From: Pseudobdellovibrionaceae bacterium
Lineage (GTDB): Bacteria > Bdellovibrionota > Bdellovibrionia > Bdellovibrionales > Bdellovibrionaceae
Length of the DNA stretch: 64,000 nucleotides
Direction: 5' to 3'
NCBI GenBank assembly: GCA_039810425.1
Contig: JBDHWW010000005.1
Location: forward strand, 1 to 64,000
Shown: positions 1 to 8,093 of the stretch, in pieces
Layout: each line of letters opens with the position of its first letter
Numbering within the stretch: position 1 is the first letter of the stretch
Program-made: the position numbers and the translations under genes
The notes under the pieces: model-generated
Told to the model about the DNA's origin: nothing
Seen by the model: the letters and a program-made list of their open reading frames with translations, nothing else
Database searches by the model: none

Positions 1-167
1 TTCGTCGAGTAAGGACAGCTCCGCTGGTTGTTCAATGGATTAGTGCGTGCTTCGACCATAGTGACTTAGAGGGCAAGTTGGTGAATCCTATGTGAAAATA
101 TTTTTGATTAATTTTGGAAAAACAGAGAGACAGAGCGATCAAGGTGAAAATCAATTTACAGATTTAC

Positions 168-209
168 AAAAAAGAAACGCGTTACCTGAAATTTCTTCAG
201 GTAACGCGT
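168..209 (-). terminator. Intrinsic terminator downstream of tRNA-Leu
   Basis: Perfect 14-bp inverted repeat ACGCGTTACCTGAA (177-190) / TTCAGGTAACGCGT (196-209), followed on the minus strand by TTCTTTTTT. Confidence 0.7.
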
Positions 210-249
210 CGCAATTTTTTTGGCATTTTAGTTCGAATACTTGTCAGAA

Positions 250-332
250 TGGTGCCCCGCGAGGGACTTGAACCCCCACGCTTGCGCACCAGATCCTAAG
301 TCTGGCGTGTCTGCCAATTTCACCAGCGGGGC
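250..332 (-). tRNA. tRNA-Leu (anticodon TAG)
   Basis: Minus strand reads GCCCCGC-TGGTGAAATTGGCAGACACG-CCAGA-CTTAGGA-TCTGG-variable arm-GGGGGTTCAAGTCCCTC-GCGGGGC-ACCA; acceptor stem, T-loop and encoded CCA are all present. Confidence 0.97.
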
Positions 333-342
333 ATTGCGGGTA

Positions 343-729
343 TTACGTTTGAACGAGTTTCTTGTAGTCCGGAGCGCGCATTAGGTTTGCGAGCTCTTTT
401 TCCGTATCCATTTCGATGCGGATCAACCAGCCTTCGTTCATTGCATCGTCATTTAATACAGAAGGATCATCGTTAAGTCCAGCGTTGATTTCGATCACCG
501 TTCCAGAAACTGGAGAGTACAAATCACTCGCTGCTTTTACGGATTCAATAACGCCGAAAGTTTGACCCTGAGTTACTTTTTGGCCTTCTTCAGGAAGCTC
601 CACGTATACGATTTCGCCCAACTGTTCTTGTGCGAACTCAGTAATGCCAACAGTAACGATGTTCTCGTCGACTTGAGCCCACTCGTGTTCTTTTGTGTAG
701 TAAAGTTCTTCTGGGATATGAAATGTCAT
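343..729 (-). CDS. gcvH: Glycine cleavage system H protein
   Basis: YTKEHEW, GITEFAQEQLGEIVYVELP, lipoyl-lysine motif ESVKAASD. Confidence 0.97.
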   Translation of the reverse strand: MTFHIPEELYYTKEHEWAQVDENIVTVGITEFAQEQLGEIVYVELPEEGQKVTQGQTFGVIESVKAASDLYSPVSGTVIEINAGLNDDPSVLNDDAMNEGWLIRIEMDTEKELANLMRAPDYKKLVQT

Positions 730-745
730 GGGAGTCTCCTGCGCT

Positions 746-1849
746 CTAACTAGGTTTTGCGACGAAAGGAGTTTTGCATACTTTCGCCTTCACTTTACGG
801 CCGCGGATATCGACTGCAAATTCAGTCCCTTCAGCCGCAAATTCCGAAGAAATATATGCGATTCCGATAGGTTCGTCCAGGGTTGGTGAGTGAGTCCCAC
901 TAGTTACCTTTCCGATCTCTTTATTGTCAAAAGAAAACAGGGAGTAACCTTGGCGGGGAATACCCTTCTCGAGCATTTTAAAGCCAATAAGTTGCTTCTT
1001 AAGGCCTTCTTCCTTCACTTTAAGCATTGGCCCCTTGCCGATAAAATCTTTAGCCGTCGGTTTGATCGCCCATCCGAGCTTAGCCTCGTATGGATTCGTC
1101 GTGTCATCAATCTCATGCCCGTAAAGGGACATTTTGAACTCGGTTCTCAAAGTATCGCGAGCGCCAAGGCCGATGGGTTGAACCCCGAACTCCGCCCCCT
1201 GAGCCAAAAGGTCGTTCCAAAGAGTCGCCGCGCCCTTGGCCTCAATGAAAACTTCGCCCCCGCGCTCGCCGGTGTAACCGGTTGTCGCAAGGATGGCTTT
1301 GAAGCCTTGGAAATCAAAGCGGTGAACTTTAAAGGTCGCCATTTCACTCGCTTTGAAGCCAAGAACTTTATCCATCAACGCCAAAGCCTTTGGTCCCTGA
1401 ATGGCAATCTGCCCCCAGTAAGCGGATTCATTGGTGATGTCAGCACCCTTGTTGTTCTTTACCATCCAAGCAAAGTCTTTGTCGGCATTCGAGGCATTTA
1501 CGCAAACCAAGTAATCTTCATTTTTTTTCATGCAGTATACGATAACATCATCCACCAAGCCGCCCCGTTCATTCGGCAAAAGACTGTAGTGAGCTTCGTT
1601 GTCGTTCAATTTAGACACGTCGTTGGTTGTGAGCCATTGAAGAGTTTCAAGAGCGTTCGGGCCCTTGAAACGAATTTCGCCCATGTGAGAAACATCAAAC
1701 AGGCCGACATTGGCGCGAACGTTGTCATGCTCTTCGCGGAGGCCTTTGTACTGAACCGGCATCCACCAGCCGGCGAAATCCACCATGCGGGCGCCAAGCC
1801 TTACGTGCTCGTCGGCGAGCGGGGTTTTTTGCAGATTTGATGTGTCCAT
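746..1849 (-). CDS. gcvT: Glycine cleavage system T protein (aminomethyltransferase)
   Basis: KTPL..H..LGARMVDFAGW, GLFDVSHMGE, TGYTGERG, GLGARDTLR. Confidence 0.97.
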   Translation of the reverse strand: MDTSNLQKTPLADEHVRLGARMVDFAGWWMPVQYKGLREEHDNVRANVGLFDVSHMGEIRFKGPNALETLQWLTTNDVSKLNDNEAHYSLLPNERGGLVDDVIVYCMKKNEDYLVCVNASNADKDFAWMVKNNKGADITNESAYWGQIAIQGPKALALMDKVLGFKASEMATFKVHRFDFQGFKAILATTGYTGERGGEVFIEAKGAATLWNDLLAQGAEFGVQPIGLGARDTLRTEFKMSLYGHEIDDTTNPYEAKLGWAIKPTAKDFIGKGPMLKVKEEGLKKQLIGFKMLEKGIPRQGYSLFSFDNKEIGKVTSGTHSPTLDEPIGIAYISSEFAAEGTEFAVDIRGRKVKAKVCKTPFVAKPS

Positions 1850-1937
1850 GAAGGCCTCCAGAATTGCGATTTTGGCAATGTCGCCGGGCTCTTAGCCCTT
1901 GTCAACTGGAGGGGCTTTGCTGGATATTGTCAAAGCC

Positions 1938-2447
1938 ATGAAGCTCTCTAGTCGCCTGCAATTCATCTATGAAAACCTCATTCCGAACCTGCCGGTTTGG
2001 GATTTCTGCTGCGATCATGGCTACCTCGGCGTCGAGGCGCTGAAGTCAGGGAGATTCCCAAAAGTCCACTTTGTCGATCAGATTCCTCACATCGTTGGAA
2101 GTGTCGAGGCGGTTGTCGGCGAAAAGTTCTCTGAATTTCGTTCGCGTGCGTACTTTTTCGCCGGTAAAGGCGAAGACCTCTCAGAGGTGGTGAGTGGAAA
2201 TGTTGTGATCGCAGGGGTCGGGGCTTTTGCAATTTTCAAAATTCTGCGCGCACTTTTAGAGCGTGGACTCCTTCAGGCAGAGCGATTGATTCTGTGCCCA
2301 CAAAGAGATGAAGAAAAATTTGTGACGATGTTAGGGGAGCTCGGCGAAAAATTCACCGCCCGCTTTTCCTTTTCTGGAGCGACGTTGCTCGAAGAGCGTT
2401 CTCGATCACGTGTTGTTTATGTATTTGTCCGCAAGTCAGTAGATTAA
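1938..2447 (+). CDS. trmK: TrmK-like tRNA (adenine-N1) methyltransferase
   Basis: MKLSSRL, WDFCCDHGYLG and VIAGVG resemble TrmK motifs (DIGSDHAYL, IAGMG); shorter than typical TrmK; start set at ATG 1938. Confidence 0.65.
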   Translation: MKLSSRLQFIYENLIPNLPVWDFCCDHGYLGVEALKSGRFPKVHFVDQIPHIVGSVEAVVGEKFSEFRSRAYFFAGKGEDLSEVVSGNVVIAGVGAFAIFKILRALLERGLLQAERLILCPQRDEEKFVTMLGELGEKFTARFSFSGATLLEERSRSRVVYVFVRKSVD

Positions 2448-2591
2448 AAATAAATAAACAAATAAATTTTAATTGCGGACGATGTGTGGACGCAAGCACC
2501 TGAGTAAAAACAGTTTTGCACTTGCTTTCGTATTCACGTTATTTTACGCATTATGTCTCTGCGGTAAATTTCAAGTTGAACAGTGTGGTAT

Positions 2592-3362
2592 ATGGACCAG
2601 TTAAACTCTATTAGTGCTAGTGATTTTAGGACCTTCCTAGAACAAGAGCTTGCTCGTAGGAGCTCCGCTAATGCCAATTATTCCCTTCGTGCTTTCGCAC
2701 GTGATTTGGGAGTGGACTCATCTTTTTTATCTAAACTTTTGAGTGGTAAGCGCTCGATGACCGCACGGACCATTATGTCGTTGGCTCCACGTTTGAGTCT
2801 TTCAGAAGTTGATATACAAGCCTATGTTCAAAAATCTAATGGCCGCAGACGCCGCTATTCCGTAGGCGCACAAGATGTTCAATTCTTCCAAGAGCTCGAA
2901 GATCACAAGTACTTGCAGAGCCTCGAATGGTATCACTTGGCGATTCTTGAATTGATCGGCATAAAAGGGTTTCAAGCCAATGCGACTTGGATTTCTGAGC
3001 GTTTGCCGATCACGCCAGATCAGGCGCAACAAGCTCTCGATGCTTTGTTGAGCCATGGTGTTTTGTCTCAACGCGAGGATGGTCTTTGGAAAAATGAAAT
3101 CAACAATCACACCATGTCTGGAGTCAAAGTTCCACGCGCCCAGCAGGCGAAGAAACAAATTTACGAGCAGGCTTTGGCGATCATTCCTCAGGGCATTGGC
3201 AATCACACCACAATGACGGTGGCGGTTTCTGAAAGCCGCTACCAAGAAGCGGTTGAGCGCATTACTCGCTTCCGTCGCGAGCTCAGCCACTTCTTGAGCG
3301 AACCAGAAGAAAAAGAAAAAGTTTATCAGCTCCTGATTTCTTTGTTTCCGGTAACTAAGTAG
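2592..3362 (+). CDS. HTH protein of TIGR02147/DUF4423 type
   Basis: N-terminal YSLRAFARDLG..SFLSKLLSGKR helix-turn-helix, WYHLAILEL, C-terminal VYQLLISLFPVT; paralogue at 59185. Confidence 0.8.
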   Translation: MDQLNSISASDFRTFLEQELARRSSANANYSLRAFARDLGVDSSFLSKLLSGKRSMTARTIMSLAPRLSLSEVDIQAYVQKSNGRRRRYSVGAQDVQFFQELEDHKYLQSLEWYHLAILELIGIKGFQANATWISERLPITPDQAQQALDALLSHGVLSQREDGLWKNEINNHTMSGVKVPRAQQAKKQIYEQALAIIPQGIGNHTTMTVAVSESRYQEAVERITRFRRELSHFLSEPEEKEKVYQLLISLFPVTK

Positions 3363-3364
3363 TT

Positions 3365-4378
3365 TTACTCTTCAAGAGTTCGGACCGGGCTCTTCAGTCT
3401 TAATTCATTGGATACTTTTTGAATATCGTCGGGGATTTCGACAAGAACTCCTCGGGGAACGTCCTGTTTGAGCCCTGCTTTGTGCATCCATGCGAGGAAC
3501 TCACGCTCCGGCCCACGGCAGAGCATTTGCCGGTCTTTGCCCTTTTCCTCGAGGTGATCACCGACCACGCGGGCGACATTCGTTGCCAGGCTCGTTGCGG
3601 GCTTTTGCTTGCGTGCAAGCAAGTAGCTGGTCGTGAGTGTGCGGTTCTTCATTGGCAGATGCTGTTCAAGTTTTTCAAGCCACGCTGGCATCGCAAAGAA
3701 AATCCGGTCATGGCACCAATCTGTTTTGGACTGAGTTAGGAGCGGGCAGGCGTCGTGATGAGTGCACGGGGCATAGACGCTGTAACCCGCTTGAATCAGT
3801 TTCCCGCGAAGTGCCTGGAGTTTCCGGCCATCTTCTTGGGTGGAAGGCTCGAGAATCATAAGCGCTTCAAGCTTCGTCGCCCACGCCGGTAAATCACTGA
3901 GTTCCGTGAGCGAGTATGAGAACACCGCCATCGTCTTTGCCGGAGCCGTAACATTCGGAGCCCCATACGTCCAAACGGCATTCGGCACGAAGTGGAACTT
4001 CGCGCAGATGTCTTGGGCTTTCTCGATCATCGTAAACTTTTGAAACTGTTCGGTGAGTGCAAGGCTGGCAGTTCCGGGGCCCGAGCCGAAATCGACAACC
4101 TCTTCCAGTCCCGTAAAGAACCTGCGGGCTGTCGCTTCTTTCACCACCGCTTGCACACGAGCTTGATTCAGCGGCAGGAAGTAACACAAATACGCAATTT
4201 GCGCCCAGGTCTCATTCCAGGGCGTGCTGCCTTCGGGATTGGCGATGAAGAAGTCCGACAGGCGCTTCACCGCCTCAGCAAGTTTTTTGGAATCATTGAG
4301 TGTCAGATGAAAGTGTGCCCTTAGCGCAGCTTCGATTTTTTGTTCAAGCTCGTGCGGTACTGAGAAGCTGCGAACCAT
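3365..4378 (-). CDS. Rsm22-family SAM-dependent methyltransferase
   Basis: AYLCYFLP, VDFGSGPGT, APCTHHDACP, WCHD. Confidence 0.8.
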   Translation of the reverse strand: MVRSFSVPHELEQKIEAALRAHFHLTLNDSKKLAEAVKRLSDFFIANPEGSTPWNETWAQIAYLCYFLPLNQARVQAVVKEATARRFFTGLEEVVDFGSGPGTASLALTEQFQKFTMIEKAQDICAKFHFVPNAVWTYGAPNVTAPAKTMAVFSYSLTELSDLPAWATKLEALMILEPSTQEDGRKLQALRGKLIQAGYSVYAPCTHHDACPLLTQSKTDWCHDRIFFAMPAWLEKLEQHLPMKNRTLTTSYLLARKQKPATSLATNVARVVGDHLEEKGKDRQMLCRGPEREFLAWMHKAGLKQDVPRGVLVEIPDDIQKVSNELRLKSPVRTLEE

Positions 4379-5379
4379 TACGGAAGTTCTTTCAGAACTT
4401 GCTCAGGGGTGATTTTCTCCATGCAAGGATAGCTCGTGCATTCTTTGCCAAGGCATTCCTGAGCCGCAGGACAGTGGACGTTGGGGGTAAAGAGGTGAAC
4501 GCCGCCTTGACCGCGGGCACCCCAGCGGGTGACCGTCTGCACGCGAACCGGCGAGTAGAAACCATACACCCGCGTACCGAGGCTTGCCGCCATATGTATC
4601 ACCCCCGTACTCGGGGCAAAAACAGAGTTTGCTTGCTCAAGCACGTATAGCAATTGCTTGGAACTCAGTTTGTTCTGAAGACAGATCACTTGGGCATCGT
4701 GCTTGTAGTGTTCGCGAATATCCTTGATGAAAGGTTCATCCGCAGGGGTTCCCGTCAGCACCACCGTGTAACGATCAATGAGTTTCGAAATCAATTCAAT
4801 GTAGTACTTTGTCGGCCAGTTAAGTGCTGAGCCCGCCATTCCTGGATGCACCACCATGTACTTTTTTGGTTGCAGGCCGTATTGGCTCAGCACTTCCGGT
4901 TGCGGCTCTGCCTTTAAATGGAGAATCGGGGCTTCTGAGTCAAGAATCTTTCCTGGCTCGATTTGTTTAACCAGGTCGAGATTGTAGTTAGCTTCGTGTT
5001 TGACCGCTTGGCTGCGTTTTTGGCGAAGACCTCTATTGAGGAAAATAAAACTATGCCATTTCGAAAGCACGCCGATACGTTGAGCGACTTTGTTTTTCCA
5101 CAAAACAAAATTCACCCACCAGGGAGATTGAAAACTCACAGCTATATCGGGTTTGAATTGTTTGATGAAAACATCAAGCTGCGCGCACGCTTCTTTGGGA
5201 TGGCCTTTGTCCAATTCAATATAACGGCGTTTTGGATCGGCATGTTCTGGAACAAATGAAAGGCCCTTGGCGATCACCCAAGTGATATCCCAGTTTTTCA
5301 GTTCAGGAACTTGATCCACCGGCATGGTGCAGATCAGGTCGCCAATTTTGTCGAGACGTATAAAAACGGCCTTTTTCAT
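4378..5379 (-). CDS. Glycosyltransferase family 9 (LPS heptosyltransferase-like)
   Basis: IRLDKIGDL, VHPG...NWP, STGVIHMAASLG. Confidence 0.88.
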   Translation of the reverse strand: MKKAVFIRLDKIGDLICTMPVDQVPELKNWDITWVIAKGLSFVPEHADPKRRYIELDKGHPKEACAQLDVFIKQFKPDIAVSFQSPWWVNFVLWKNKVAQRIGVLSKWHSFIFLNRGLRQKRSQAVKHEANYNLDLVKQIEPGKILDSEAPILHLKAEPQPEVLSQYGLQPKKYMVVHPGMAGSALNWPTKYYIELISKLIDRYTVVLTGTPADEPFIKDIREHYKHDAQVICLQNKLSSKQLLYVLEQANSVFAPSTGVIHMAASLGTRVYGFYSPVRVQTVTRWGARGQGGVHLFTPNVHCPAAQECLGKECTSYPCMEKITPEQVLKELP

Positions 5380-5467
5380 GGAGAAAGCAGAATAACATGA
5401 TCATAATTCCCCTATGAAGAAAAATATCGTGAATCTGACGGGGGAGTGAGTGCCCGTATATCGTAAA

Positions 5468-6160
5468 CTAATGGGAGTGCGGACCGTCTGATTCGGGATT
5501 CAATTCAACAGCCACGCGAATACTGCCGATGTCGCCCTGAGTGTAGGCATTAAACGGATTGTTTGAAAGGTCTTCTTGATCAAGCCGTTTCACCCATACC
5601 ACATACCCGTTTGGCAACGGCCATTGAATGAAATCGCGGCTTTCTTCCATTGGCGCGCCAAGAGCGGGAAAAGTCTCTTGCACCATCTGAATGGCCTGTT
5701 CCATAGCTTCGGGACTGGGGCGGAATTCAAACGACATATGTTGAGCGAAGTACTGGTGATTTTCATCAGCAAAGTACTGCGCATGGAAATAACGCGTACC
5801 CGGAGGCGGCGACTTCGTACGCACGATAATCATTTCGCCGGTGTCGGGGTTTTTGTCCGTTACTTGAAAGGGCTCTTGTTGATCTTGTTTGAGTGTCGCC
5901 ATGAGCTCGTCGAGTTTTTGCTCATTCATGGTGTAATTCAAAAGCATCCGGGTCATTTGCTTTAGTGAAGTTTTAGCTTTCTGCGATTCTTCGACGGTCA
6001 GCGGCTTGCTGGGACGGCTGGGGTCTTCTTTGTGGCTGACTTGGGGCACTGGGGTGGTTGGCGTCCCTTCAGCGACGGGTTTTGCCAAGTGGAAGAAGTA
6101 AACTCCTAACACCAGCAAGACCGCGATGCTGACCGTTAAAACAAGCGCGCTCTTTTTCAT
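5468..6160 (-). CDS. Hypothetical membrane-anchored/exported protein
   Basis: 230-aa ORF with an N-terminal hydrophobic helix and Pro-rich linker; starts 6 bp after the M23 gene stop. Confidence 0.75.
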   Translation of the reverse strand: MKKSALVLTVSIAVLLVLGVYFFHLAKPVAEGTPTTPVPQVSHKEDPSRPSKPLTVEESQKAKTSLKQMTRMLLNYTMNEQKLDELMATLKQDQQEPFQVTDKNPDTGEMIIVRTKSPPPGTRYFHAQYFADENHQYFAQHMSFEFRPSPEAMEQAIQMVQETFPALGAPMEESRDFIQWPLPNGYVVWVKRLDQEDLSNNPFNAYTQGDIGSIRVAVELNPESDGPHSH

Positions 6161-6166
6161 AGGGTC

Positions 6167-7864
6167 CTAGTAGGACTTTCCATACTGGGCCTTTTCCCAC
6201 TTTCTTATGTAATTAGTAGGGTCTATCACATCGGGACGGCGATCATACGGTGGCACACGGTAACGGGTGAGGGGGCCACGGGACGTGCCTTTATACAATT
6301 CAAAGTGCAGCATTGGCGTGCAGCAGCCGGAATTCACTTTGCTGATCAGTCCCACGGTTTGACCGGCCACCACGTTTTGACCTTTTAAAGCGCCTTTCGG
6401 AACGCTTCCTAAAACCTCACCGTAACGGGCGATAAACTGAGGATGCTTCACTTCGATCGCGAAGACGCCTTGATAAAAGTAGTAGTGTCCGCGGATCACG
6501 CGGCCTGAAGCAACGGCAACAGCGGCTTCACCTTTTTTACGATATAGGTCGACACCGGCATGCAAGCGGCGGCCGCCCGCCCTGCCTGCGCGGAACCGAG
6601 TTTGTCCTTCCGCATAGGAAATTGAAGGCCTTAGGGCTGTAGGAAATTTGCAGCAATCTGTTTTTGAAACGGTCGCGTCCAAGGGAATCATGCTGTAATC
6701 GATGCCGTCATCTTCAGCCGGATGCTCTTTTTTGTAAGGCTCACAAGCTTGCGTCGTTTGCACAACGGAGCGTGGAACCCAGCCGGATGGCAGGTCTTTG
6801 CGATTAGGGAACTGCACTTCCAAGTAGGCACTCTTTTGTTTTTCGTCCCAAGTCTGATTTGGAATAATGACTTCAAACTGATCTGCATGGCCAATCAGCT
6901 TAATGTCTTTATTGAAGACTGGGATGACCTTCACGGTTGTGCAAACCAGATAACCAAGGCCGGGTTTGTCAGTGCCCTCGGGGGAAGCCACAGGGCTTTG
7001 GCCCTCGTCCTCTTCGCCAACAACAGGTTTTTCAGAATCATCCGGGGTTGTGATATCGCCGCTACCGCCCGGGCCGGCGTTGTTCGTCGGTGGAGGCGCC
7101 ACAGCTGCCGGAGGTGGTGGAGGGGCTGGGGACGTTGGCGGCGCTGGAATTTCACCGACCGGTTCTTGATTGGCCTCATCCGGAGTCATAACTTTCAAGT
7201 CTTCAAGAACTTTTGTGTCAGTACCGCTCACACCCACCTGGGCGATGGGATCAATGCCTTTCGAATCATAGACGTCAAAGACGATGTACTGGGTTGGCTT
7301 TGCTGTATCACCACAAGAGAACGTGACATAGGCGTCGCGGATCATCGCTGTTTGCCAGTAGCTTTGTTTTAACTCGAAAGGCCCCGGAGTCGCCAGCACG
7401 GGGCTGTTTATAACCTCGAGAACGAAGTGACTGATCTCTTGGAGAGTCTCTGTTGGCAACGTGCCTTTGTCGCCGCGTTTAGAAAGATTTCGAGTGCCGT
7501 CTTTGTTAACGGAATTTCTTGGGACACTGATGACTTGGACAGTCGCAGGCGTCGCGTCCGCAGGAATACTTTGCGCGAACAGGACAGAGCGATCTAAGAG
7601 ATTTGATGGTATCAGTCCGCCAAAGAAACCAAGACCTTTGAGCTTGGTTGCAGCATTAAGACTCGCTCCCGGCTTTTGCGCAATATAGAGAGAAACTTTT
7701 TCCTCGTTTTTTACCTGACAACTAGGATCGAGTGCGACCAAACCCTTGGCATCACTCCATGTATAGCGAACCAGTGTATCTGCTGTAACAACGGGAGGAA
7801 CTAGCAGGGCAACGGCCAATGTAGCTATCGAAATTTTCAGTATTTTCATTACGTGAACCCCCAT
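6167..7864 (-). CDS. Secreted M23-family metallopeptidase with long N-terminal region and Pro-rich linker
   Basis: Signal peptide; C-terminal HAGVD...YGE...MLHFEL...IDP M23 motifs; alternative start at 7849. Confidence 0.85.
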   Translation of the reverse strand: MGVHVMKILKISIATLAVALLVPPVVTADTLVRYTWSDAKGLVALDPSCQVKNEEKVSLYIAQKPGASLNAATKLKGLGFFGGLIPSNLLDRSVLFAQSIPADATPATVQVISVPRNSVNKDGTRNLSKRGDKGTLPTETLQEISHFVLEVINSPVLATPGPFELKQSYWQTAMIRDAYVTFSCGDTAKPTQYIVFDVYDSKGIDPIAQVGVSGTDTKVLEDLKVMTPDEANQEPVGEIPAPPTSPAPPPPPAAVAPPPTNNAGPGGSGDITTPDDSEKPVVGEEDEGQSPVASPEGTDKPGLGYLVCTTVKVIPVFNKDIKLIGHADQFEVIIPNQTWDEKQKSAYLEVQFPNRKDLPSGWVPRSVVQTTQACEPYKKEHPAEDDGIDYSMIPLDATVSKTDCCKFPTALRPSISYAEGQTRFRAGRAGGRRLHAGVDLYRKKGEAAVAVASGRVIRGHYYFYQGVFAIEVKHPQFIARYGEVLGSVPKGALKGQNVVAGQTVGLISKVNSGCCTPMLHFELYKGTSRGPLTRYRVPPYDRRPDVIDPTNYIRKWEKAQYGKSY

Positions 7865-8040
7865 TTACGCGCCCCCATAAAAGCCATTCCGGTGAAGAGA
7901 ATCAATAGGCTTTTAGCTGGTCAGTCAAATTTATAAGTAAGTGACAATTGAGGGCTCGATCTCAGCAAAAAACCGTGTAAAAAACACCATGTAATTTACT
8001 AGTATTTCCCGTGGAACTGATTGTTCTTGTTCGATAAATC

Positions 8041-8070
8041 AAAAAAGCGCCCCTGGGGCCAGAGACGCCT
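8041..8070 (-). terminator. gcvP intrinsic terminator
   Basis: Minus strand AGGCGTCTCTGG-CC-CCAGGGGCGC-TTTTTT, about 25 bp after the gcvP stop. Confidence 0.7.
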
Positions 8071-8093
8071 TTCGTTCAAGTCAGTGATGAGAT

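Noticed and set aside
1..249. Possible integrated element at the tRNA-Leu 3' end
   Set aside because: Only 249 bp visible; no integrase and no duplicated tRNA 3' end in the window
114..299. 61-aa plus-strand ORF
   Set aside because: Antisense to the tRNA and its terminator; spurious
890..1840. Long antisense ORFs (e.g. 890-1840, 27965-28759, 50981-51811)
   Set aside because: Shadow frames of well-supported genes, with no motifs or RBS
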